Source: Nitrososphaerota archaeon (GTDB taxonomy: Archaea; Thermoproteota; Nitrososphaeria; Conexivisphaerales; UBA164). From it: a stretch of DNA of 64,000 bases. How positions within the stretch are numbered: the stretch's first letter is position 1; the number at the start of each line of letters is the position of its first letter. The DNA lies in NCBI GenBank assembly GCA_029786595.1, contig JAFLXO010000004.1, positions 9,817 to 73,816 on the forward strand, read 5' to 3'. The position numbers were made by a program, and so were the translations under genes. The notes beneath the pieces are model-generated. The model was not told where the DNA came from, made no database searches, and saw nothing but the letters and a program-made list of their open reading frames with translations. Below are positions 27,029 through 34,889 of the stretch, piece after piece.

Positions 27029-27372
27029 AAAATATCACCAATATTGCGTAAACTAAACGCTAACAGTTGCTGAACTAGCAAGCAAAGAAATAGCCGGCTG
27101 AATCTTGTATAGTGTCTAAGCCATAATACAATTTTAGTATCCATATTATTGAGATACAAGCTTGTATGCTTTACTATAAATCCATTCATGCCTTTACCCG
27201 CTTTAGCGATGTAATAAAGTGCTATTAAATTATGGGTTTTACCATCACCCAATGAAGTTTCAAGCTTGATTATAGGCGTAGAATCTGGGGCTTCGCCACT
27301 AAGCCTTCCAAACACTTCTTTCAACTGTTCTTTGCAGTCCCCCCCGAAGACTCTATCTACCCAATTGCCCAT
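27025..27372 (-). pseudogene. 5' fragment of a DUF499-like P-loop ATPase gene
   Basis: PIIKLETSLGDGKTHNLIALYYIAKAG resembles the N-terminal Walker A region of large (~1000 aa) DUF499 ATPases. Only about 70 plausible residues are followed by low-complexity sequence. The stop overlaps the RM start (ATGA). Confidence 0.4.
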
Positions 27373-27549
27373 ATAATCCGTAATTGCTTATTTGATTAAT
27401 AAGTATTTGCTGCAGGTGTTTCCATCTTTGCATCTATATTATGAGGGTCGGAGAGGTGGTTTTACCTGCGCGTTTGCGTAAGGGTTTGTCCATGCTCAGT
27501 CATCGCCCTCAGCGCGTAGTCCTCGTAACGCGCTGTCTATCTATATTAT

Positions 27550-28029
27550 ATGAAAGTAATCGTGAACCTGAAATTAAAGGTCGACACAACCTATTACGCA
27601 GGCAGGAGCATCTACAACAACCTCACGGGGGGCGTCTTTGAAGAGCCGGGGTGCCTTACCGAGCTTGAGAGCATAGTATGGCTGTCAAGGAACAGCCTGG
27701 AGCTGGATTTAAGAATACACCAATTAAAAATTCCCGACATAATGAAGGTGTATATAAGCCGGGAAGACCTCAGTCACTCTAACAAATTGACGGTGCTATA
27801 TCCCGAAATCGGCGTAAAACCGCTTGGCCCCCTGCCGGATAATATTATCGAATACATAGAGGCGCCACAGAACCCTACCCCTAAATCGAATCAGGTTATG
27901 AACGACTGGCGATTGCGAAAGTGGTTCGAAACCAAGGACCCGACCTATCTTGGCCTGCCGGCCCCAATCGATTATAATACAATGTTTAACATAAAAGAGG
28001 TAGACTGGTCGCACTTTAAGGGGATCTAA
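27550..28029 (+). CDS. Hypothetical protein
   Basis: 159-aa ORF in the GC-richer backbone, followed by a GC hairpin. No motif recognised. Confidence 0.45.
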   Translation: MKVIVNLKLKVDTTYYAGRSIYNNLTGGVFEEPGCLTELESIVWLSRNSLELDLRIHQLKIPDIMKVYISREDLSHSNKLTVLYPEIGVKPLGPLPDNIIEYIEAPQNPTPKSNQVMNDWRLRKWFETKDPTYLGLPAPIDYNTMFNIKEVDWSHFKGI

Positions 28030-28199
28030 ACAGTCAACCGGTAGGGGCGCACCCCTTAGAGTGGGGTATTTTAATCAATTAGATCATGATGTTTGGGAAG
28101 GAAAGAAAGCTAAAGAACGGCAGCTATTAACACGACAAAGTCAGCATGCCGCTAAAGTCCATACCGTCTATCTTTTCTACCTGCATATTATATAGATCG

Positions 28200-28570
28200 C
28201 CTGAGCGTTGCCAGAAATGGCAACGTTTTGTTGCCTTTTTGCGGTTTTTGCGTTACCATTTGCTATTTTTAGCCCTCCTGATGGGTTGGTTGTGGGGGGG
28301 CGTTTCATACCTGAGCATAAACAAATATGTTGACAATTTGTTAACTTTCAGCCATTTTTCCATCAGCATTCCTGTATTTCCTACCCCTCCTGTGCGGGGG
28401 CGGTTCGTAGCATACATCCTAAGCGGCACCATTTGTGGTGTCATTTTGACACCATTTTGAGGTTTTTATGGCACCATTTGCCAGTTTTAGCTCTTTCCCA
28501 AGATGGGTTTAGCGGGGGCGCTTCATAGATATTTTTTATCCCAAAAAAATCGCAAAAAAAGACGCTGGGT
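28200..28570. promoter_or_regulatory. Iteron-like repeat cluster, putative replication origin of the element
   Basis: Three copies of GGGGGCG(N)TTC(A/G)TA at 28294-28316, 28394-28419 and 28512-28533. Four to five copies of (G/T)(C/T)ACCATTT(T)G at 28253, 28433, 28449 and 28469. Palindrome gttgccagaaatggcaac at 28207-28224. An A/T tract at 28531-28560. The region lies upstream of the helicase operon. Confidence 0.5.
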
Positions 28571-28671
28571 GTTTAGTTTGGAAAATTTTGACTTTGCGCA
28601 TATCTATATAGTATGACCAAATACTGCGGTTCATTTGGCGACGCGGCATTATCCGCGGACGGAGTGGGAAA

Positions 28672-29214
28672 ATGAACGAGGAAGGCAGGGCCCCCCTGCA
28701 AGGGGGCCACAACGGAGAGGTAGCATCAACAAATAAAAGCACACATCTTTTCGAGCGCACCATCGATGATGGAACATACAAACTTCAGGTTTGCGTGAAT
28801 GCGTTGGGCCGTATTGTAGTTTCCATTAATGAAATTTCAATCACAGTCTTAGCTGAAGATGGCCTTGAAGCGGTATGGCATGAACTAATACTGGCTGGCG
28901 CCTTTGGCCCAGCGGTTCCAGAGCACGATCGCTTTCGAATCCTTAACAACATTTCATTTATGCATCGCGACGCGGTCACATGGCTTGCTGAGGCACAAAA
29001 ACGCACTCAAGCCAAGCATAACGATTCAAGGGTTCAAACGCTGGCCGACCTGTTCAAGGAGGAGAGCGAAAAAATGATAGGCAAGCCGGGGTCAGGAGCT
29101 GGACTAAACTTCAAAACAGAGTCAAAAATGGCAATATTTACAGAGGGTAGAAATTCCGCAGGAACCGCCGGAACCGCCGGAACCTGCGCGATGAAACAGG
29201 CAAGGGATAAATAA
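28672..29214 (+). CDS. Hypothetical protein (first gene of the helicase operon)
   Basis: Its stop overlaps the helicase ATG (TAATG). The C-terminus SAGTAGTAGT is encoded by the GGAACCGCC repeat. Confidence 0.45.
   Translation: MNEEGRAPLQGGHNGEVASTNKSTHLFERTIDDGTYKLQVCVNALGRIVVSINEISITVLAEDGLEAVWHELILAGAFGPAVPEHDRFRILNNISFMHRDAVTWLAEAQKRTQAKHNDSRVQTLADLFKEESEKMIGKPGSGAGLNFKTESKMAIFTEGRNSAGTAGTAGTCAMKQARDK
29143..29183. repeat. Left arm of perfect 41-bp inverted repeat
   Basis: gagggtagaaattccgcaggaaccgccggaaccgccggaac is the exact reverse complement of 30598-30638. Confidence 0.9.
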
Positions 29215-31007
29215 TGGTCGAAAATCAAACCGCCGGAACCTTGACGCCAACCATGGATACCCTACCGAACGAGGTCGCTGATGCTCTCCTTGTCACCATG
29301 CACGTCCTTACCCTTCGTGATACCAAGGAGATGCTTGTCTACCGTGATGGAGTATATGAAGAGTACGGGGAGCAGGTCATAGAGCAGCTGGTTTTGAATA
29401 CGTTCAAGCACGCCCGCATAGCACAGAAGCTCAACCGGAATTACATGAACGAAGTGCTGGCCCACGTGCGCTGGGGCTCATATACGGACAGGAAGGAATT
29501 TGACAATGACGAGAATATAATCCATCTTGCGAACGGGCTTCTGGACATCAGGACAGGGAAGGTGTCGCCCGAAACACCGGATTACTATTCAAGGATCAAA
29601 CTTCCAGTGTTTTACGATCCTGAGGCGAAGGCGCCGGCATTCGAGAAGGCGCTGGCTGAGATACTGCCGGATGAGAAGGCAAGGCTGGACGTTATGGAGG
29701 AATTTGCGGCCGTCCTCTGGCGCACGGCGAAGCTCCAGAAAGCCTTCCTATGGGTTGGGAATGGCCGCAACGGGAAGTCAACGCTCTTATACGTTCTCCA
29801 GTCATTGATAGGGGCGAAGAACTTTTCAAGCATAGCCATACAGGACTTGCAGGTTAGTCGTTTCAAGCCGGCCGAGCTTGATGGGAAACTTGCCAATATC
29901 TATAGCGATATATCGGCGACAGAAATCCATGCCACCGGGATTATCAAGTCCATAATCAGTGGTGATGCGATAACAGTTGAAAAGAAGAACCGCGACCCCT
30001 TCACATTCCATCCGTTCTCAAAGCTGTTCTACTCAGCGAACCAAGTGCCGGAGGTGCTGGACTCATCGGATGCATGGTTCCGCAGGTGGAAGATCACCGA
30101 ATTCACGCAGGAGTTCGAAAAGGACAAGTGCGATCCCGACCTTCCGGCCAAGCTAACGAGCCCGCAGGAATTATCAGGCATCCTTAACCTTGTCATTGCC
30201 ACCCTGAAAGACCTGATAGCGAGGGGGAAGTTTGCCCATGAAGATGATATCGATCTTATAAGAGAGAGTTGGCTGCTAAAAGCTGACCACCTGCGCAGGT
30301 TCATTGATGCCGAACTTGAGCTTGAGCCGGGTGTTGACACGTCAAGGCAGAAGGTGTATGACGCCTATACGAAATGGTGTTATGAGAACGGCGTGGTTAA
30401 CGTCTACAGCCAGCAAAAGTTCAACAGTGAGTTCATAAAAAAGATACCGGTCAGCCAGTCTTCCCCAAAACCGGGAGGCAAAGGTACCAATTCGGTGTAT
30501 AGCTGGAGGGGGGTGAAGTTCAAGGAAGGTTCCGGCGGTTCCGGCGGTTCGACAAAAGTCGATGCCGGACAAAAAACCATCAATGAAACGGAAAATAGTT
30601 CCGGCGGTTCCGGCGGTTCCTGCGGAATTTCTACCCTCCCAAAAAATGGCCATTTTGACGATCTTGTCAGTGAACTGACCAAACGGGACGGCAAGATTTA
30701 TGTCAAGTGTAAGGATCATAGGGTTGACAGCGACGGTCACGAGCGTTGGTTCTGCAAGGACGACGGGGAGTGGGAGATGCACCTGCAAAGACAGCATGGC
30801 TTAGAGACGAAGGCGGAAGCTGTGCTGGACATATTCAGGAAGCTCTGCGGCCCGGAGAATAAGGAGGTCACGGTGCAGGAGGTCATGGCCGAGCTGAAGA
30901 AGGCAGGCATAGAGGAGCCCGAGGGGGCCACGCTGATTGCGTCGCTGCAGAATAACGGGCAGATATATGAAAGGAGCCCCGGCAGGTTCAGCCTTACCAT
31001 ATCATGA
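29214..31007 (+). CDS. D5/P4-type SF3 replicative helicase (phage/plasmid primase P4-family C-terminal domain) with C-terminal winged-helix
   Basis: D5_N-like region (IIHLANGLLDIRTG...PETPDYY), Walker A VGNGRNGKST, Walker-B-like KLANIYSD, then WFRRWKIT. A Gly/Ser linker and a Cys/His-rich segment follow, then a wH-like tail. Confidence 0.85.
   Translation: MVENQTAGTLTPTMDTLPNEVADALLVTMHVLTLRDTKEMLVYRDGVYEEYGEQVIEQLVLNTFKHARIAQKLNRNYMNEVLAHVRWGSYTDRKEFDNDENIIHLANGLLDIRTGKVSPETPDYYSRIKLPVFYDPEAKAPAFEKALAEILPDEKARLDVMEEFAAVLWRTAKLQKAFLWVGNGRNGKSTLLYVLQSLIGAKNFSSIAIQDLQVSRFKPAELDGKLANIYSDISATEIHATGIIKSIISGDAITVEKKNRDPFTFHPFSKLFYSANQVPEVLDSSDAWFRRWKITEFTQEFEKDKCDPDLPAKLTSPQELSGILNLVIATLKDLIARGKFAHEDDIDLIRESWLLKADHLRRFIDAELELEPGVDTSRQKVYDAYTKWCYENGVVNVYSQQKFNSEFIKKIPVSQSSPKPGGKGTNSVYSWRGVKFKEGSGGSGGSTKVDAGQKTINETENSSGGSGGSCGISTLPKNGHFDDLVSELTKRDGKIYVKCKDHRVDSDGHERWFCKDDGEWEMHLQRQHGLETKAEAVLDIFRKLCGPENKEVTVQEVMAELKKAGIEEPEGATLIASLQNNGQIYERSPGRFSLTIS
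30598..30638. repeat. Right arm of perfect 41-bp inverted repeat
   Basis: gttccggcggttccggcggttcctgcggaatttctaccctc. Weaker similarity continues for about 22 bp beyond both arms. Confidence 0.9.
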
Positions 31008-31057
31008 AGAGATAGATGGAATATGAAACAAGCGATAGTTAAACTTAAGGCGCCGGC

Positions 31058-31324
31058 GTGGGAAAATCATATCCGGAACGCCGGATATCAGCACGGATTC
31101 AGGAGAATTATCCCAAAGGTGGTCAAGCCATGACCAGTTATCAGCTCCGAATCGTAAAGAGGGAATGGGATCCGGCGAGGAAGGCCAAGGCCTCTCATTC
31201 ATTAATCACAAAGCCGCTCTCTGAGGCGCAGGCCAGGCAGCTGGTTGAATTGTTTAAGTCATCAGAGTTGTTCAAGTCCGCAGCGCTTATTGAAGCAGAA
31301 GTCAAGGAGGGCCGGATGGCATGA
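31058..31324 (+). CDS. Hypothetical small protein
   Basis: ORF only. The likelier start is the internal MTSYQLRIVK. Confidence 0.35.
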   Translation: MGKSYPERRISARIQENYPKGGQAMTSYQLRIVKREWDPARKAKASHSLITKPLSEAQARQLVELFKSSELFKSAALIEAEVKEGRMA

Positions 31325-31983
31325 TCGCCGAACACTTATTACGTCAACGGGACACAATTCCCCAAGGCATCAGGGCAAAGACGCAATACCTTGTATTCAG
31401 GCACCGGTTCAATAATCCAGGGGACAGCCTTGAAGACGTGGCAAAGGCGCTTGGCCTGAGCTACTGGACGGTGGCCAAGTCATGGTCAAGGCTCAGGCGT
31501 TCAAGGAACCTGGCCAGGCTGTGCCCGGTATGCTTCCATGAAACGCTCTACAATTCCCTGTGCCAGAGCTGCGGGGCCGACTTCCGGGAAGATGAAACAG
31601 GGGGCGTTGAAATGGCTGACATGGACCAGCACAGCCCGGTCTATCGGATCCAGCCTAACGGCGGCCTTGGGGGAGAGCCCCAATACAGCGGCCTAAGGCT
31701 CCAGAACCGGCCCACATATATCCGCCATTTAGTGGAACAGCAGGGAGGAGACGAAGGGAGGATCCAGGAAATACTTGAGCTGATATGGGAGGAGCTCAAG
31801 GCAACCATGCCTAGGGATGACGTGGGGGAGCTGGCCGCCAGGACCGCAAGGAAGGAGTATTACCGGATGAAGCGGGATTACCCGGACCTGATGAGCAAGA
31901 AGGGGTTCAAGGAAGCCGTAGCCGGGAAGGTCGTAAGGGAGCTGAGGACCATCTATAGAATAGGCAATGGAGGTGAGCGGTAG
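31321..31983 (+). CDS. Putative regulator: HTH plus zinc ribbon
   Basis: LEDVAKALGLSYWTVAKSWSRLRR is HTH-like, followed by CPVCFHETLYNSLCQSCG (CxxC...CxxC). Confidence 0.5.
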   Translation: MIAEHLLRQRDTIPQGIRAKTQYLVFRHRFNNPGDSLEDVAKALGLSYWTVAKSWSRLRRSRNLARLCPVCFHETLYNSLCQSCGADFREDETGGVEMADMDQHSPVYRIQPNGGLGGEPQYSGLRLQNRPTYIRHLVEQQGGDEGRIQEILELIWEELKATMPRDDVGELAARTARKEYYRMKRDYPDLMSKKGFKEAVAGKVVRELRTIYRIGNGGER

Positions 31984-32066
31984 GATGAACGACAGCGATA
32001 AGGAGGCCGAATACGTCAAGGTGCCCAAGTCAAAGATAGTTGAAATGATAGAGGAAGTAAGGCGGC

Positions 32067-33305
32067 TCAGGGAACTGTCTCGTGACCAGAAGCAAGAAGG
32101 GCGTTAAGCTGCTCTTCAAGCTTCGCCAGCCTTTCCTCATACTCGTTCCTTATTCTTGTTTCAGTCTCGAGCGCCTTCCCGCTTGCCGGGTTGAGCCATG
32201 GCCGGGCGATCTTCATGTATTCCTTCCTGTAGTGCTCGGGATCGTTCCACGGGGACTTGTCATACTTCAGCTTGTCTATCGAGTGGCCCAGAAAGAAGTT
32301 GGCAGCCGTCATGTCGGCCCCAACGTGTTTTGCCATCGTTATCAGGGTATCCCTGCATTCGTGAGAATGAAATGCATACTGGATATGGGCTCCCTTAAAC
32401 TTTTCGAGCTTGACCGACGGATCCCTTATGTTTATCTTGGCACGCCTGCCAGCCATGAGGAATATCGAGGTCACCTGCTTGGCGCTCATGGGATGGCCGA
32501 ACTTGTCAATGAAGATGGGGTCCGAATGAGGGAGCTCTCCCGGGTTGCCTGGATAAACCTTCAGGTCCCTTCCCTTCAGGTATTCAGCTATGGTCTCAAC
32601 GGCATCAATGTCCAGGAAGGTATAGTACCTGTAATCCGACTTTGGCCTTACCAGGTCAATCCTTATCGGGCACGCAGTTTGACATTTTGACACATCATTT
32701 AACACGCCCGAATTTAATAGCTGGGGATATCCAACTAAGTTGAAGACGTCCGTGAGCGTAGAGGCGTCCATGCCCGACTGAAGCATTGCCAGGATAACGG
32801 CCCTGTCCCTCACCGACACCTTCCCGTAATGAAGAGCCGTGTTGATATATTCAAGGAAATCATGGGCCGTGATTTCTCGCCTTATCGTATGGTGGTTCCC
32901 GTTCCTTACAACTGGCCGGACGTGGGGGAGCTCCACGAAGTTATGAAGATAGAATGACCTTATGGTGGCCATCTCCCTCCTGATTGTCTCCTTGTTCTCG
33001 GATGGATATTCCTGGCAGTATTCAAGCAGCCTGCTAACATGATCGACCAGGACCCTGTTATTCCCGTTCAAACACTCATCGATCAGCCTGTCCGGGTCCG
33101 CCTCGAAGCCCCTTGATTTCAGCCATCTCACGTAGCGGCCCAGTGCGTAGACGTTGCCCTTCCTGTAGCCGCCGCTCCTGAGAGCATTAAGCCATTTCCT
33201 AACGCTCTCCCTTTCAATCAGTGGTTCTAGGTCGTCATAGACCTTTGAAATTCCGCCCGGCCCCCTGCTCATGCTATTAAAAAGGTGAGGTTCGAACTTA
33301 TCCAT
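32067..33305 (-). CDS. int: Tyrosine recombinase / integrase
   Basis: C-terminal catalytic pattern: AFHSHECRDTLIT (HxxR), FLGHS, then KLKYDKS (Tyr). The start codon lies inside the att core, and the gene abuts tRNA-Thr. Confidence 0.85.
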   Translation of the reverse strand: MDKFEPHLFNSMSRGPGGISKVYDDLEPLIERESVRKWLNALRSGGYRKGNVYALGRYVRWLKSRGFEADPDRLIDECLNGNNRVLVDHVSRLLEYCQEYPSENKETIRREMATIRSFYLHNFVELPHVRPVVRNGNHHTIRREITAHDFLEYINTALHYGKVSVRDRAVILAMLQSGMDASTLTDVFNLVGYPQLLNSGVLNDVSKCQTACPIRIDLVRPKSDYRYYTFLDIDAVETIAEYLKGRDLKVYPGNPGELPHSDPIFIDKFGHPMSAKQVTSIFLMAGRRAKINIRDPSVKLEKFKGAHIQYAFHSHECRDTLITMAKHVGADMTAANFFLGHSIDKLKYDKSPWNDPEHYRKEYMKIARPWLNPASGKALETETRIRNEYEERLAKLEEQLNALLASGHETVP

Positions 33306-33322
33306 AGTAGCCCCGGGCGAGG
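33304..33322 (+). repeat. attR-like direct repeat overlapping the tRNA-Thr 3' end
   Basis: atagtagccccgggcgagg. Positions 33309-33322 are the discriminator, the acceptor 3' strand and the T-stem 3' strand plus one T-loop base of the tRNA. Confidence 0.75.
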
Positions 33323-33382
33323 TTTGAACTCGCGGCCCACAGCTTACAAGGCTATTGCTCTACCAGGCTGAGCTACCGGGGC
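33309..33382 (-). tRNA. tRNA-Thr(UGU): tRNA-Thr (anticodon UGU)
   Basis: Hand-folded cloverleaf of the reverse complement: GCCCCGG-TA-GCTC-AGCCTGGTA-GAGC-A-ATAGC-CTTGTAA-GCTGT-GGGCC-GCGAG-TTCAAAC-CTCGC-CCGGGGC-T. All stems pair. It is 74 nt with no encoded CCA. Confidence 0.9.
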
Positions 33383-33715
33383 ATTTTTGACAAGGCTTTC
33401 ATCAACTAGATATTTAAATATTTGATTGAACTCTTCGTCATGTAAAACGAATAGCTCATATGATTTATCTTCCATAGCCCTTTTTACGGCTTGTATATGT
33501 ACACATTCTCCGATTGACCCTTTTATCACTCCATCATAATGGCTATAACAGGTACAACTATTGCCGTTGACTAAGTAATCGGACCCTTTTCCTACAACCA
33601 CCATGAGGTTATTGCCGGATGGGGAGAATAAGAGCTTCTTTACAGATTGTTCGTATTGCCTGTGTTTATGTTTCAACGGTACCCACCTTAAAGGCGGAGA
33701 TAGGGAACTCCTCAT
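33344..33715 (-). CDS. SWIM zinc-finger protein
   Basis: NGNSCTCYSHYDGVIKGSIGECVHIQAVKRA gives CxC...CxH, the SWIM pattern. The 3' end reads 39 nt into the tRNA-Thr gene, and the start overlaps the upstream gene, so exact ends are uncertain. Confidence 0.6.
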   Translation of the reverse strand: MRSSLSPPLRWVPLKHKHRQYEQSVKKLLFSPSGNNLMVVVGKGSDYLVNGNSCTCYSHYDGVIKGSIGECVHIQAVKRAMEDKSYELFVLHDEEFNQIFKYLVDESLVKNAPVAQPGRAIAL

Positions 33716-34118
33716 TTATTATGAAATATAAACCATCTCCCGCAATTTCATATTTCCTGAAAAATCTATCTGACCCCTTGCCGAAGGAAATCAACTTCTT
33801 CTCGACGCCTTTGTGCTCAGACTTGATAATGCCGCCTAGGGGTATACATCGGTTTTTGACTTTTGCAAGTACGGAGGAAGAGCATACCTTTTTCATTATC
33901 TTTGTATCGGCATAACAGACCACCGTCCCATCAGGCTTGATTAGCGTCGATGTCCTGGCTATAGATTCATCGTTCTCCTCCTGCCTTAGCACTATGACCT
34001 TAATCTCTTCATTAAAGAAAGCTGATAGAAGTAGCTGGTTTGTGCCATCGTTGAACAATATCATCCTTTCCACGGGTTCCAGAATTTTTGCCCCAGACCT
34101 ATTTCCTGTGGGAATCAT
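33666..34118 (-). CDS. Hypothetical protein (possibly chorismate-lyase/UTRA-fold, DUF98-like)
   Basis: 150-aa ORF whose start overlaps the rpiA stop by 4 nt. The fold guess rests only on a weak resemblance (IPLGGIIKSEHKGVEKKLISF). Confidence 0.35.
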   Translation of the reverse strand: MIPTGNRSGAKILEPVERMILFNDGTNQLLLSAFFNEEIKVIVLRQEENDESIARTSTLIKPDGTVVCYADTKIMKKVCSSSVLAKVKNRCIPLGGIIKSEHKGVEKKLISFGKGSDRFFRKYEIAGDGLYFIINEEFPISAFKVGTVET

Positions 34119-34738
34119 AGAAGATGCACCGTTGCGTCGTATATAAAAAGTCCTACATCCAGTACTCCAGGCAGACCCCTTAGGTCGTAATATGCTTGCC
34201 TTGCGTCCTTGTATGATACATCGAATAAAAAGTTTCCATTTTCACTGACCAATGGATAACCCTTTTCATTGGTTCTTAAAGTAGCATGCATGCCCTTCTT
34301 TTCAATCAACTTTTTTAGAATATACATCGAAAATGGAAGGAATTCCACAGGAAGGGGAAGTGACAGGTCCTTTACCATCCTTTCCTTTTTGATAAATACA
34401 TGGACGTTATCAGAAGCCTCCCAAAGGACTCGCTCTCTACCAAGCGCGCCTCCGCCCCCCTTGATGATCATACCACCTTCAGTGAACTGATCAGCTCCAT
34501 CCACGACTATGTCCAGTCGATCGAGTTCGCTGGGAGATAGCATAATAAAACCCGCTGATGAGGCTGCTAAGGCTATCTGAGTAGAGCTTGGGATACCCAT
34601 AATGGTTATGCCATCCATCCTTGCTTGGAATCCTAACTCCTCAGCTACCATTCTGGCTGCGGAACCACTTCCAAGCCCAACCGTGATATCCCTCCTGCCT
34701 CTAAGGGCCTGGTTTACAAAGTTCTTAATCTCTTCCAC
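34115..34738 (-). CDS. rpiA: Ribose-5-phosphate isomerase A
   Basis: GLGSGSAA, VDGADQF and IKGGGGALGRERV motifs. Confidence 0.85.
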   Translation of the reverse strand: MEEIKNFVNQALRGRRDITVGLGSGSAARMVAEELGFQARMDGITIMGIPSSTQIALAASSAGFIMLSPSELDRLDIVVDGADQFTEGGMIIKGGGGALGRERVLWEASDNVHVFIKKERMVKDLSLPLPVEFLPFSMYILKKLIEKKGMHATLRTNEKGYPLVSENGNFLFDVSYKDARQAYYDLRGLPGVLDVGLFIYDATVHLL

Positions 34739-34889
34739 GAATGTCGTTTGCGGTATATCGTTAAAAACTTTCTTGAACCGTGTTACTCAAGACAATGATA
34801 ATGTGGAACGTAAACATATACAAGTCAAAGGTTGTAACCTACAATCAGTTTGAGCGCGGTTCACAGGTTAATGGCTGGTTTTATCATAA

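Larger units (their letters stand above)
15461..33322. mobile_element. Integrative element (plasmid- or provirus-like), about 17.9 kb, in tRNA-Thr(UGU)
   Basis: An 18/19-bp direct repeat sits at both ends. The right copy is the 3' end of the tRNA. The integrase abuts the right end, an excisionase-type HTH ORF lies near the left end, and there are an SF3 helicase, iterons, and AT-rich cargo blocks. Confidence 0.8.

Noticed and set aside
28146-28781. ORFs 28146-28460 (+), 28253-28444 (-) and 28536-28781 (-)
   Set aside because: They run through the iteron and poly-G/poly-A repeats and give low-complexity, implausible proteins. The region is better explained as non-coding origin or regulatory DNA.
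30528-30620. GSGGSGGS-type linkers as evidence of an engineered or synthetic construct
   Set aside because: The same 9-mer also occurs in the opposite orientation outside any linker context (29161-29184 and 29228-29240), embedded in a longer natural-looking inverted repeat. No vector-like sequence is nearby. A natural DNA-level repeat is the simpler reading, although I cannot exclude an artefact without reads.
30342-30797. 151-aa antisense ORF inside the helicase gene (shares KMAIF.EGRNSAGTAGTAGT with the upstream ORF)
   Set aside because: The shared peptide is a by-product of the inverted DNA repeat, and the rest of the ORF is antisense to well-supported helicase coding sequence.
31985-32107. 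40-aa ORF (MNDSDKEAEYVKVPKSKIVEMIEEVRRLRELSRDQKQEGR) converging on and overlapping the integrase 3' end
   Set aside because: It is plausible but too short to support without homology or expression data, so I did not list it as a feature.
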